A stretch of 64,000 nt of DNA from an uncultured Candidatus Saccharibacteria bacterium (GTDB lineage Bacteria; Patescibacteriota; Minisyncoccia; Phycocordibacterales; UBA2100): the NCBI GenBank assembly GCA_964534465.1, contig CAZHOB010000001.1:33870-97869 (forward strand). The letters are read 5' to 3'. Made by a program: the position numbers and the translations under genes. Of this stretch, positions 31,712 to 42,710 are shown in pieces. Numbering within the stretch: position 1 is the stretch's first letter; each line of letters starts with the position of its first letter. Below the pieces are notes generated by a model. It was given only the letters and a program-made list of their open reading frames with translations, was not told the DNA's origin and made no database searches.

Positions 31712-32161
31712 TTAGGCCGATCTCTGGCGCATGACCTTTTCCGCGGCAAGCATGGCTGCGCGCGCGATCTCTTTCTCACTCTCCTTGATGGTCAAACGTT
31801 TGGCTTCTTCGGCGCGATCGGCTGCGTCTTTGAGCGTCGCGGCTGCGCGAGCTTCCGCGGCTTTGACCATCTCCGCGGCACTCTCCGATGCGCGGTGGCG
31901 AGCTGAAGCGACGAGCCCTTCGGCCTCGCGGGCAGCTGCGCCTACCATTTCTTGGCTTTTCTCTTTTGCCTCGGCGAGTTTGCCTTCGGCAGCTTCCGCC
32001 ACGCGCACGCCTTCGGCGATCTTCTTTTGTCGTTCGTCGATGATACGAAGTATCGGCTTGTACAGGAAGTATGAAAGGACTATCAGCAACGCGCCGAAAT
32101 TGAACGCCTGTATGAGCAGGAGTTTCCAATTAACGCCGAAGACTGCGAAGAGATCGCTCAT
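31712..32161 (-). CDS. atpF: Fo ATP synthase subunit b
   Basis: GVNW..LLIQAFNF...LYKPI...DERQ..I followed by a coiled coil. Confidence 0.95.
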   Translation of the reverse strand: MSDLFAVFGVNWKLLLIQAFNFGALLIVLSYFLYKPILRIIDERQKKIAEGVRVAEAAEGKLAEAKEKSQEMVGAAAREAEGLVASARHRASESAAEMVKAAEARAAATLKDAADRAEEAKRLTIKESEKEIARAAMLAAEKVMRQRSA

Positions 32162-32182
32162 AAATAACGCTAGAATTCACCC

Positions 32183-32428
<246 letters not shown>

Positions 32429-32478
32429 TTAGTAATGTTGCTTTCGACCGAACTATCCTATCACAAAACGGCTCAGCT

Positions 32479-33222
32479 TCAATGTGCTTCCTCGTGTTCT
32501 GTGATTGCCAGTTTGATATAGAACAACGCGAGAAGCATAAAAATAGCCGCCTGCAGGAAGCCGATGAAAAGCTCGAACATCATGAGCGGCACCGGCCCAA
32601 AATACGGCGCGAAGTACGTGGCTACGATAATAAGCACTTCGCCGGCCAAAATGTTGCCAAAAAGACGAAAGCTTAGCGATATGAGTCGCACGAACTCGCC
32701 TATCAGTTCCACCACCCCGACCGCGCCGCCGATAAATGAGTGTACGTTGATGAACTTTTTGGAATATTTGACCGCGCCGAGCATGGAGATGCCCGTGATC
32801 TCCACGACGGCAAAAACGATGATCGCCAAAGCCTCGGTTACATTGAGATCGGTATTGACGCTGCGCAAGAGCGGCGAGAATTCCTCGCCCCTGAACCACC
32901 CCACCGAGCCGATACCCGGCGTGAATTCGAGAAGATTGGCCGTGAATATAAAAAGGAAGATGGTGATGAGGAATGGAAAGTACCGACGCGCGAGCGCCTT
33001 GCTTTCAAGCACCTCTCCCACATAGTCGTACACGTATTCAAAAGCCCACTCGAGCGTCGCCTGGAATTTGGACGGGATGAGCGTAATGCGGCGATTGACG
33101 AGGATGGCGACAAGGATGAGCACGGCCATCACGACCCAGCTCGTGATGAGCGTGTTGGTGATGGGTATGCCCGCGAATGTCGTAATGAGGTCGGGCTTGA
33201 GCTCCACATGAATGCCGTTCAT
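32479..33222 (-). CDS. atpB: Fo ATP synthase subunit a
   Basis: PITNT, SLSFRLFGNILAGE, FLQAAIF. Confidence 0.97.
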   Translation of the reverse strand: MNGIHVELKPDLITTFAGIPITNTLITSWVVMAVLILVAILVNRRITLIPSKFQATLEWAFEYVYDYVGEVLESKALARRYFPFLITIFLFIFTANLLEFTPGIGSVGWFRGEEFSPLLRSVNTDLNVTEALAIIVFAVVEITGISMLGAVKYSKKFINVHSFIGGAVGVVELIGEFVRLISLSFRLFGNILAGEVLIIVATYFAPYFGPVPLMMFELFIGFLQAAIFMLLALFYIKLAITEHEEAH

Positions 33223-33249
33223 TGCGGGCTATACTAGCATATTTTAAGC

Positions 33250-33283
33250 GTAAAAAAGAGAGGGTCGGCCAGAAAAGGCCGAC
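33250..33283 (-). terminator. Rho-independent terminator
   Basis: GGTCGGCC/GGCCGACC stem with a T-rich tail on the minus strand. Confidence 0.7.
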
Positions 33284-33289
33284 CTAAAA

Positions 33290-33871
33290 TCAGATACCGT
33301 ATACCCAATATCCCAAAATGGGGTACCGAGAAAAGCCCATCGTACCGGCAGTGCCGTCGAGCCAAAGTTCCATATTCGCGCGGATCTCGAGCCGCTTATC
33401 CTTGCGAAAGTCGCGGAAATGCTTGGGCAGCTTTGGCCGCCAATATTCCCACTTCCGCCGCGCGAACGGGATGGTGATGCGCGTGCACCAATCGCTCTTT
33501 TTTGCATAACGGATGAGCGCACCGACCAAAAGTTCGCTCCAGCGCATCCTCTGATCGTGAAGGTCCATGGTTTCTGTCGCATGCACCCTCTTGATGTGGA
33601 TCGAGTCCGTCGAGACTTCCATCTGCACAAAAGCTATCGGACGGTTGAGATGAAGCAGAACGAGCTCGTCATTGCGGAACGCCAGTGTGTAATCCTTGAA
33701 GAGCACGGCGTGGTCGTGGAGACTGATAGGATGTCTCGCATACGCACTTGCGGCTTCGCGGAACCTCTCGCCCGCATACTTTTCTGAAAACGCTGACTTG
33801 ATGCGACTCATGCGCTCGTCGAGCTCCGCGCTCTTTGCGAGCGCATATGCGACTCCTAACGTTCCGGGCAC
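33290..33871 (-). CDS. Hypothetical protein
   Basis: 193-aa ORF with SD-like AAGGA and a downstream terminator. Confidence 0.65.
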   Translation of the reverse strand: MPGTLGVAYALAKSAELDERMSRIKSAFSEKYAGERFREAASAYARHPISLHDHAVLFKDYTLAFRNDELVLLHLNRPIAFVQMEVSTDSIHIKRVHATETMDLHDQRMRWSELLVGALIRYAKKSDWCTRITIPFARRKWEYWRPKLPKHFRDFRKDKRLEIRANMELWLDGTAGTMGFSRYPILGYWVYGI

Positions 33872-33932
33872 GGGTGTATCCTTTCCCTAGTTGCTTATTC
33901 CACTGTGCCATAGCGGCACCGACATGCAAGTC

Positions 33933-34060
33933 TAGAGTTTGCTGAAAATCGATGAGATGCAAGGCGCGGGAAAGCTGCGATTCGAGCAGTACAAAAGTAC
34001 TGTGAGAAGCGCAAAAAGGGCTCCCGCAACGCAGCAGCTCGCGATTTTCAGCAAACTCTA
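33933..34060. mobile_element. MITE-like element, 128 bp, 19-bp perfect terminal inverted repeats
   Basis: TAGAGTTTGCTGAAAATCG (33933-33951) / CGATTTTCAGCAAACTCTA (34042-34060); internal AGTAC-AAAA-GTACT hairpin; no transposase. Confidence 0.75.
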
Positions 34061-34669
34061 CTGCAGGGGCGGTAGGAGCACGCTGTTGATGAGATATACG
34101 ATGCCGTTGCTGGCTTTGTAAGTCTTGATGATAGCGGCTGAATTGATACGCACGCTTTGATCCGCAAGCACCTGGAAATTGATGGGGTCTTTGGAGAGTG
34201 CCGTAACGCTACCTGCGACGATGGCATCAGGATCAACGGCACGACCGATGACCACGTGGTATTCCACCATGCGCTTACGCTGTGCGGCCGTCATGTTTGC
34301 GGTGGCTCCCCAGCCGTATGCGGTATTGATGGGAATGAATATGGTGAATGGACCTTTGCCCGTGATGAGCGATGATACGCCGGTGGACGAAAGCAATCCT
34401 GCGAACTTCGAGGCCGAAGAGAGGCTTTCTGCCGTAGAGACGACGCCGGAGGACGTCTTAACCTCGGGCGCGGTCGTTACTTTGGTGGGAAGGGATACAG
34501 AAGTGATCTTGGTCGTCGTTTTTGCCGGCGTGGTGGGTGTGGTTCCTTCAGTAGCTGGCGCTGGTGCGGGCTGCCATGCCGCGAGGAACCAAATGACAAT
34601 GATGACCACAACTGCAAAGCCGATGAGGCCGATAGGGAGCGCGGAGCTTTTACCGTGCATGCGATTCAT
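34058..34669 (-). CDS. Fasciclin (FAS1) domain surface protein
   Basis: TM anchor, Thr/Pro linker, GPFTIFIPINTAY, YHVV, ASNGIVYLINSVLLP. Confidence 0.9.
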   Translation of the reverse strand: MNRMHGKSSALPIGLIGFAVVVIIVIWFLAAWQPAPAPATEGTTPTTPAKTTTKITSVSLPTKVTTAPEVKTSSGVVSTAESLSSASKFAGLLSSTGVSSLITGKGPFTIFIPINTAYGWGATANMTAAQRKRMVEYHVVIGRAVDPDAIVAGSVTALSKDPINFQVLADQSVRINSAAIIKTYKASNGIVYLINSVLLPPLQ

Positions 34670-34726
34670 GAGAAGTTATCATCATTGTGCTGCCTCCAGA
34701 TTGGAGCGCAAACGAGTTATACACAC

Positions 34727-35590
34727 CTAGAGAATTCGGTCTTTGATGAGCCTCGCCACATCCTTTTCCTTGCCCTTGAAACTATGCTTCACCCTCTCGA
34801 CGATATGTACGTAGTGCGGGGCATTAATGTGGGCATCAAACCACGCCGCGATCTCTTTGACGGGTCTGTCGGCGTACTGGTCTTTGCCCGCCCAGACGAC
34901 CGTGGTCGGAATTTTTATAGATGAGAGGATTTTCGCTCGCTTGCCCGCTTGTTCGTATGGGAACAACGTTTCTACGCTGTCGTGTGTATAGAGGCTCAAA
35001 AAACGTTGTGCGTCGTTGACTGACCACGGCGTAAGGAATTTTTGCGGCATGAGTTCATGCCCGTGCCCACTTTTGACGAGCTTGCGCGCATGCGCAACGG
35101 CTTTCGCTAGAATGCCTTTTTTGTCTGTTTTGAGCGCAGCAGAATAGTCGCTGACCGGAGCAAGGAGAATGAGCCCGTTCACGAACGGCTGTTTGCGGAA
35201 CTTGTGCGCGTACCAAACGGCCTTTTGGCAGCCGGTGGAATGACCTGCGATGTATATCTCCTTTGCGCCCCGCTTCTTGGCAAAAAGGACCGCGCCGCGG
35301 AGGTCGTCGGCGGAATCGCTGAATACCTCGTGCGCTCCGCCCGCGAGAACCGCGCGTTTGCCGCTCAAGACCTTGGTCACGATATCATGGCCGCGATTGT
35401 TAAACGTGAGCACCGCCGTATCATTGCCTATCAAATACTGCGGTAATTCCCTGCTCACGCTGTTGAACATCGTGGAGCAGAGCCCGTGCACAACGATAAC
35501 GGCTCGCTTCGGTTTTCGCGGGCCATACCAAAGTCCATAGAGCACCACCTTCTTCGGCGTAACTATCTCCGCGAGATGAGTTGAACGCAT
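34727..35590 (-). CDS. Alpha/beta hydrolase (DUF1749-like)
   Basis: VHGL, NNRGHD, GHSTGCQ, LLAPVSD, DQY, HSF. Confidence 0.85.
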   Translation of the reverse strand: MRSTHLAEIVTPKKVVLYGLWYGPRKPKRAVIVVHGLCSTMFNSVSRELPQYLIGNDTAVLTFNNRGHDIVTKVLSGKRAVLAGGAHEVFSDSADDLRGAVLFAKKRGAKEIYIAGHSTGCQKAVWYAHKFRKQPFVNGLILLAPVSDYSAALKTDKKGILAKAVAHARKLVKSGHGHELMPQKFLTPWSVNDAQRFLSLYTHDSVETLFPYEQAGKRAKILSSIKIPTTVVWAGKDQYADRPVKEIAAWFDAHINAPHYVHIVERVKHSFKGKEKDVARLIKDRIL

Positions 35591-35647
35591 AGTCAGATAG
35601 TACTATTGTTCGGCAAAAAGAACATGTTCGACCTCGAAGGTCGACCA

Positions 35648-36253
35648 TTATTTATTGATAGCAAGCTCGGCGGTATCGCGACCGAGCGCGAGCTGCAGCT
35701 CCTTTTGCGTCTTCGGCATATGGTCGAGATCAATATGACCTACGACCCGGATTTTTACGTTGTTGCACCAGCCGATCGCTACGGCGGCATTGAGCGTGTA
35801 TTTGCCAAATGTGACGCGCTGCTTGCGGCCAAACTGGATATCGACATGCTTTTTATGACGCGCAGCCATCGTGTCGGTGATAACACGGTATTGGATGTAG
35901 TCCTCCACGGCCGGCAGTTCACACCCTCCCGTTGCGTACTCCGCTGCTCCGGGTGAGAGCTCAATGACCGTGCCGTAAGGCAAGTGGCCGGCAATAAGAT
36001 CGCGAGAGGCGGCAGCTCCTACTTCCGGGTTTACCGGGAGGCCGATGGAGGTAATGTGGGGGGTATCGTCGGTCTGTTCCGGCACATCGTTATAGCCCGT
36101 CATGGAAACGGTGTAAGTCGGATATGTGGGCTCCTCAATAACGGGTGCTTGTTCCTTTGCCCAGTCCGAAGTAGGTACGGTGGACGTGGCGGCATTGGCC
36201 AAAAGAAACAGCCCCATAAGGGCCGTACTAATACTTGGTGTCATTTGATGCAA
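35648..36253 (-). CDS. Secreted 3D-domain (MltA-like) protein
   Basis: Signal peptide; MTGY, QTDDTP.IT, AASRDL, LPYGT, TDTM..RH..HVDI. Confidence 0.75.
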   Translation of the reverse strand: MHQMTPSISTALMGLFLLANAATSTVPTSDWAKEQAPVIEEPTYPTYTVSMTGYNDVPEQTDDTPHITSIGLPVNPEVGAAASRDLIAGHLPYGTVIELSPGAAEYATGGCELPAVEDYIQYRVITDTMAARHKKHVDIQFGRKQRVTFGKYTLNAAVAIGWCNNVKIRVVGHIDLDHMPKTQKELQLALGRDTAELAINK

Positions 36254-36376
36254 GTCAGTTGTCCTTGCACTGATAATACTAGCAAATTTGCACTACTGTG
36301 TCAAGCAATTTTATGGCTCTATTGAGCCATAAAATGGTAATAGATATGAATGGCTCTGTATTCTTATGTCCCCTCT

Positions 36377-36416
36377 CCCGACGCATTAGGTCGGGACCCC
36401 GACCTAATGCGTCGGG
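36377..36416. repeat. CCCGAC-family nested palindrome
   Basis: CCCGACGCATTAGGTCGGG-AC-CCCGACCTAATGCGTCGGG: 19-bp perfect arms, each itself a hairpin. Confidence 0.92.
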
Positions 36417-36427
36417 GCTGCCTTGGA

Positions 36428-37693
<1,266 letters not shown>

Positions 37694-37694
37694 T

Positions 37695-37744
37695 TACCAC
37701 AATAATTAAAAAGAATCAGCCGCCCCGAGCATACGGGGCGGCTG
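37695..37744 (-). terminator. Terminator plus ahcY promoter block (direct repeat copy 1)
   Basis: CAGCCGCCCCG/CGGGGCGGCTG hairpin with T tail; 37695-37724 is 27/30 identical to 38475-38504. Confidence 0.8.
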
Positions 37745-37749
37745 CATTG

Positions 37750-38379
37750 TCATTTCGGGTACAACCCTGCCGGATCGCAATCGCTGAGCGTGCCGTCGAG
37801 GCGAAACCAGCGCATCGCGAGTGTATCTCCGCCGCCGTTGTCGCCCTCACCATAGAGATATTGCACGTGATACATACTCTCTGTATCACGGAACAACGTT
37901 CTCCACAGAAAAAGACTGTTGGCGCCGAATACTTCGCGGAAGACGGCGGCTCCCAGCTTTTGAATGGCGACGCCGTCCGCGGTCGAAAGACAGTACTGCA
38001 GCTTGTCCTTTTCGATGAGCTGCTCATGTATATAACGAGCGCTCACGTCCCTTCCCAGCTTTTGACCGGGTGCACGCCACAAGCGTACTTTTGCGAGGTC
38101 GTAGCGAGCAGGGCGATCGGGCGCGCAATGATGATGCTCCGAACACATCACCCATGAAGGAGGGCGGGGAGGCAGGACATTTCGAGTATCCACTATGCGT
38201 TCTGCGGGCGGCGGCCGTTCGCTGACAACGAGTTCCCCGCGCTTGACGCGAAGAAGTTTCGCGAACGTATTGCCCTCGCAGGCCTCATCGACGTCCTTGT
38301 GCGTCCAGCCCCCTCGGGCCAAGGCATTGTCTACCTTGCCCCAGAGTCCAAAACCGGCACCGAGCGTAAATTCGCTCAT
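37750..38379 (-). CDS. Hypothetical protein
   Basis: 209-aa ORF with strong SD (AAAGGAG) and its own terminator. Confidence 0.7.
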   Translation of the reverse strand: MSEFTLGAGFGLWGKVDNALARGGWTHKDVDEACEGNTFAKLLRVKRGELVVSERPPPAERIVDTRNVLPPRPPSWVMCSEHHHCAPDRPARYDLAKVRLWRAPGQKLGRDVSARYIHEQLIEKDKLQYCLSTADGVAIQKLGAAVFREVFGANSLFLWRTLFRDTESMYHVQYLYGEGDNGGGDTLAMRWFRLDGTLSDCDPAGLYPK

Positions 38380-38474
38380 AGCGAATCTCCTTTTTGACAG
38401 ATCGTCCGGATAGAACGACAGTCATCACCAGAGGGCTCCTTCGGAATGAAGGCTACCGTGGTCTGCGCATGTTG

Positions 38475-38523
38475 TACCACAAATATCAAAAAGAATCAGC
38501 CGCCGCGTCAGACGCGGCGGCCG
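38475..38523 (-). terminator. Terminator plus promoter block (direct repeat copy 2)
   Basis: GCCGCCGCGTC/GACGCGGCGGC hairpin with T tail; repeat of 37695-37724. Confidence 0.8.
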
Positions 38524-38527
38524 TCAA

Positions 38528-38794
38528 CTACTCTTTCGTAATGACCTTGAGGTCTCCATATCGCTTGATGGCACGGGATATTGTTCGCCGCGCCAGTTTG
38601 CCATGCATCGGACGGTCATAATCGGAGTCCTTTACGCGGCTCATGTCGTCCGCAAAGTCACCGCACGGCCTATCGCCGAACACCGCGATGGCGTGGTAGA
38701 ACTCGGGGTCGGCATAGACCTTGAGCCCTTCGAGGAGAATGCCGCAGAGTCGCTGATACCGCTCCAGTGTCCTGTCGCGCTTTTGTTTCGACAC
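38528..38794 (-). CDS. Hypothetical protein (88 aa)
   Basis: GTG start after AAAGGGA, just downstream of the upstream gene's stop. Confidence 0.6.
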   Translation of the reverse strand: MSKQKRDRTLERYQRLCGILLEGLKVYADPEFYHAIAVFGDRPCGDFADDMSRVKDSDYDRPMHGKLARRTISRAIKRYGDLKVITKE

Positions 38795-38808
38795 GCTAAT
38801 TCCCTTTC

Positions 38809-39207
38809 TTACTTTTCGCTTTCGTTGTCGCTGTCTTCGCGGAAGAGCGGGTGGCACATCAGTGCCTTTGGCGCTGGCCCCCAGCGCTTCGCCATCCAGT
38901 CCTGTTTTTCGGCTTCGCTCATTTTCTCCCAGCCACCGGATTCGTATAATGGGATGAATTCCGCGTCGTGCAACGCTCCGCGCGCCCGCGCCACCTCCAT
39001 CTCCCTCTCCTTGCGTGCGCAACCTTGCAGGATCTCGAGTGCACGCAGGTCTTCGTGGAGTGTAAAGTAACTGACCGACAGATCCAAAAGGCACCCGTGC
39101 GTCGTACACTGCGCGACCCGCGCCTTGAACGCCTCTTCGTCCGTTTCGGCGTATGCCAAAGATGTGGCTAGAAGCATAGCTGCAATGGCTGCGAACACTC
39201 GCCTCAT
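38809..39207 (-). CDS. Hypothetical secreted protein
   Basis: AGGAGG SD; signal peptide MRRVFAAIAAMLLATSLAYA. Confidence 0.7.
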   Translation of the reverse strand: MRRVFAAIAAMLLATSLAYAETDEEAFKARVAQCTTHGCLLDLSVSYFTLHEDLRALEILQGCARKEREMEVARARGALHDAEFIPLYESGGWEKMSEAEKQDWMAKRWGPAPKALMCHPLFREDSDNESEK

Positions 39208-39369
39208 GGCATCCTCCTGTGTTGTATGCTCTGGTGCTACCCTACTACAATCGGTTACAACTTCAAATCCTCGTTGTTCGATTTTATGTGACGCGCCTCG
39301 GTTTCCCCGAAAGATTGCCAAAGACGCATTTCTCTGGTTAAATCGGGCTCGGCAATAGAGGAGATACCG

Positions 39370-40299
39370 ATGCGAAAAGCGTGGAAGCTGCTACTTATCC
39401 CTGTCTTGTTTCCACTGTGGCTTTGCTTCTCGCGAGCGATATGCTACGTGGGCTTCAAGTTCATGCGCAACAGACGTGGCGCGCTCGAGCTGCCGGTCGT
39501 CTACTTCGAGAACGACGCGGGCAGATCGATCATCGTGATCAATGTCATCCACTTTGCGGACGCGCAGTATTACGCGACGCTGCAGAAGCTCATCGACTCG
39601 CTTGAGGGCTACGCAGTGCTCTTTGAGGGCACGGGCACACTGACACCCGAGCAGAAGGAATCGCTTTCGCCAAGCGAAAAGGTCGTCTCGGGGGAATTCG
39701 ACAAGCTCTTCGAGGTGCTGAAGGTCTTGAGTGGCATTCTCGAACTGAAGGGTCAGAAGGAGGGGCTGACATACCCGAGCACGTGGGTGCGCACCGACAT
39801 GCCTATACGCGAGCTCATACGGCGATTTGCCGCGGAAGACCTGCACATCGTGTCGAACGATATGCCAAGCATCACGAAGCTTCTGAATTCCGAAGGCGAT
39901 CGCAAAATCGTTCGCTGGTTCGTCAACAGGATGTTCGCGAAGTTTCCCGCGCACGCCGTTCTTCTCGGAGCATTCGCTCTCTTTTCCAAAAAGAAACGGG
40001 CGATGAAGCGGATCATCCTCGACGAGCGCAATACATTCGCGTTCGAGGGTATCCAGGAACAGAGCGGCAACGTTGTCACTATCTGGGGTGCGGCTCATTT
40101 CCGCGGCATCGAAAAGCACCTCAAGAGGGCCGGCTTCAGGGCGATACGCAAGGATTGGTATCCTGCGTATCGCGTTCGCAAGTACGGCATCCTTGGTGAA
40201 CTGCAAAGCATCGGCAAAGAGCTCAAACAGCGGCGTGAGCTTGAGGCAGTCCTCAAGCAGCTCAAAGAGCGCGGCGCACTGAAAGACGACATCGAGTGA
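39370..40299 (+). CDS. Hypothetical protein, possibly TraB/GumN-like
   Basis: GGAG SD; VIHFAD..YY, VLFEG, IILDERN, WGAAHF.G motifs. Confidence 0.7.
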   Translation: MRKAWKLLLIPVLFPLWLCFSRAICYVGFKFMRNRRGALELPVVYFENDAGRSIIVINVIHFADAQYYATLQKLIDSLEGYAVLFEGTGTLTPEQKESLSPSEKVVSGEFDKLFEVLKVLSGILELKGQKEGLTYPSTWVRTDMPIRELIRRFAAEDLHIVSNDMPSITKLLNSEGDRKIVRWFVNRMFAKFPAHAVLLGAFALFSKKKRAMKRIILDERNTFAFEGIQEQSGNVVTIWGAAHFRGIEKHLKRAGFRAIRKDWYPAYRVRKYGILGELQSIGKELKQRRELEAVLKQLKERGALKDDIE

Positions 40300-40302
40300 C
40301 GC

Positions 40303-40332
40303 AAAAGCCCCGGCGCAGGTCGGGGCTTTTTT
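40303..40332. terminator. Bidirectional terminator
   Basis: AAAAGCCCCG...CGGGGCTTTTTT between convergent genes. Confidence 0.85.
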
Positions 40333-41271
40333 CTATAATTTCAGATCCTCGTTGTACGACTTCTTGTATCGCTCCTTGACCTGATCCATTGTGAATTTGT
40401 GGTTTTGGGTGCCGTAGACCTCTACACAGTACGAGGCGATGACACTGCCGAGCTTGGCGCATCTATCATTGGGAAATCCGGCGAGCAAACCTTTCATATA
40501 ACCTGCGCGGAAGGAATCGCCCGCGCCGGTGGGATCGACAACCTTTTCCGCGAATGCCGCCGGCACGGTGACTTGCCCATCCTTGGTGCGCACGCGCGAA
40601 CCTTGCGCGCCAAATGTGACTACGAGCGTCGGCACATGTTCCATGATGGCGTCCTCTGTCCATCCGGTCTTTTGGGCGATGAGCCCTATCTCATAATCAG
40701 AAGCAAAAAGTATCTCCGCGCCGGAGATGCCGTCTTTGAGAGCATCGGGGCTGAGCGCGACGGTCTGTTGGCCGGGGTCGAAGAAATATTTAAAATTGCT
40801 GCGACGATATTGCTTGGGCAATTCGGTCATGTCCTCTATGCAGCCGGGGCCGACGATGGCGAATGCCTTGCCCTCCGTCATGACCGGCGTGTCATACGGC
40901 AAAGCGCCCGCGCCCGCATGGAATGCGGCGATCTGATTGTCGCCCTTGTCGGTGAACACATACGCCGAAGAGGTCATCACGCCTTCGAGTTGGCGGATAG
41001 TGGTGGCTTCGATACCGGCAAGCAGCAGGTGTGATTTGTACGAACCGAAATCCTGACCCGCGGTCGCCACTATCTCGGGCCGCTCGCCGATGAGCGCGAG
41101 ATTGTACGCGATGTTGCCGGCGGTACCACCGAATTCGACGGACAATTTATCCACCTGAAAGCTGAGATTGATGCTGTGCGTTTTTTCGGGAAGAATGTGT
41201 TCGGCAAAAAGACCTGCGTAGTCCATGATGCGGTCGTATGCGAGCGAACCGGAGACGATGATGCGCGACAT
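40333..41271 (-). CDS. PfkB family kinase, adenosine-kinase-like
   Basis: SGSLAYD.IM, GGTAGNIAY, FDPGQQ, VDPTGAGDSFRAG. Confidence 0.9.
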   Translation of the reverse strand: MSRIIVSGSLAYDRIMDYAGLFAEHILPEKTHSINLSFQVDKLSVEFGGTAGNIAYNLALIGERPEIVATAGQDFGSYKSHLLLAGIEATTIRQLEGVMTSSAYVFTDKGDNQIAAFHAGAGALPYDTPVMTEGKAFAIVGPGCIEDMTELPKQYRRSNFKYFFDPGQQTVALSPDALKDGISGAEILFASDYEIGLIAQKTGWTEDAIMEHVPTLVVTFGAQGSRVRTKDGQVTVPAAFAEKVVDPTGAGDSFRAGYMKGLLAGFPNDRCAKLGSVIASYCVEVYGTQNHKFTMDQVKERYKKSYNEDLKL

Positions 41272-41292
41272 GTGGCTGCCATTGTATCACCT

Positions 41293-41838
41293 TTAATTGG
41301 GAGTCGAACAGCCGCCGAAGTTGAGCACGAATACATAATCATCACCGGCACCCGTCGGATATATTATCCCCGGCACCATCGTGGAATTGAGTCCGTTATT
41401 GAAAGTGCCCCACCCCTCCCAGATGCCGTTTTGCCCTGCCGACAGGACGACATCATATCGACATTGTTCCGCAGGATTTTGGCCTTCGTTCTCATCGAGC
41501 AAATAGGGCCTTTTCCATGGATCCATAGGCGATGAATTGAACCCGAGTGTCTGCCATGAGGCATTGAGTGAAGCGAGTGCGGCGATCTGTGAATTGACTG
41601 ACGCGGTCGTATTGAACGCGCACGCGCTGCAGCTGTTGCCGGTGAGCGCAAGCACCGTATTGGTGCGCGCGATATTGACGCTGCTCATGACGTTGTGCGC
41701 ATCCACCTTCATCCTCGCGAGCTGACCTCGCAGACGTGCCGTCTTGATAGCAAAAAGCATTATGCTCGCCATAAAACCGATGATGGAGATGACCACGAGA
41801 AGTTCTATGAGCGTGAATCCGCGCTGCGAATTTTTCAT
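41293..41838 (-). CDS. Type IV pilin / GspG-like prepilin
   Basis: RG-FTLIELLVVISII cleavage/methylation motif; DPWKRPY and LSAGQNG. Confidence 0.88.
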   Translation of the reverse strand: MKNSQRGFTLIELLVVISIIGFMASIMLFAIKTARLRGQLARMKVDAHNVMSSVNIARTNTVLALTGNSCSACAFNTTASVNSQIAALASLNASWQTLGFNSSPMDPWKRPYLLDENEGQNPAEQCRYDVVLSAGQNGIWEGWGTFNNGLNSTMVPGIIYPTGAGDDYVFVLNFGGCSTPN

Positions 41839-41867
41839 ACGATATAGCAAATAATACACGGTCTTTG

Positions 41868-42518
41868 TCATTGAGCTCTTACCAGCCTCTCCTGCGCGCG
41901 GCGCAGTGAAAAATGCACGACGAGAATGATAACTGCGAGCACGCCAACTGCCCACGCGAACGTAGCGGGCTGATGCCACACCGTTACCAGATTTTGCTGC
42001 CAGTTGAGCGTCACCAAAAGCAGAAAGACAACCATGAGAGTTATTTTTACCGACGAATGCGTGGTGCGCAGATGCTTTACCCGCGCGGCGTACCACACGC
42101 CGAGCTGCACTGAAAAAATGTACACAACCGTAATACACAGCGGCAGAGCGGGCGTGCTCAAATGCGTGGCGACCCAATGTATCATCGGCGCGCCCACGCT
42201 TTTGGGCAATGCAAAAAGTACCGCTGTAAAAAGCGCGAACCACGACACCGTGCACACGGTCGCGACACCGGAAATATATGCGGCCACATACGTCTCCGTG
42301 GGCGGCAGCGCGAGCATGCCGGCCCTCGCCTCCTCATGCTTGCGCACGAGGTAAGCAAAAAGTGTCCCGAGCGTTCCTCCCACGCCGCCCGAAGCGAGAA
42401 TAAAAACCAGTGCCCATTGCGAGCCAAGAGACACATGCATCCAACTATCCAAACCAAAAGCAGCCACACCTGTCGCCACTACAAGCCCAACGAGCGCAAA
42501 AACCATCGAACGCAGCAT
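41868..42518 (-). CDS. Hypothetical multi-TM membrane protein
   Basis: About 6 hydrophobic segments; start chosen 6 nt after TATACT. Confidence 0.7.
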   Translation of the reverse strand: MLRSMVFALVGLVVATGVAAFGLDSWMHVSLGSQWALVFILASGGVGGTLGTLFAYLVRKHEEARAGMLALPPTETYVAAYISGVATVCTVSWFALFTAVLFALPKSVGAPMIHWVATHLSTPALPLCITVVYIFSVQLGVWYAARVKHLRTTHSSVKITLMVVFLLLVTLNWQQNLVTVWHQPATFAWAVGVLAVIILVVHFSLRRAQERLVRAQ

Positions 42519-42710
42519 CGAATTAGTATAACTGACCGCTGGTGACCCGACAGGTTGGCTTTCCGAACTCGTTACTGAGCACGAATACGTTACTCGAGGC
42601 ATTACCGATCTCACACAGATTCTCTTTGCATCTTGAAGTTGGTGTGTAGTTTCGTATTTTGAGGGCACTGTGGTAATCTAGCGCCAGTTGTACAAGGAGG
42701 AGTTAGACGA

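Noticed and set aside
38380-38472. SAH riboswitch near ahcY (CCGAAGGAGC resembles part of the consensus)
   Set aside because: The rest of the consensus is not seen, and a terminator separates this leader from ahcY
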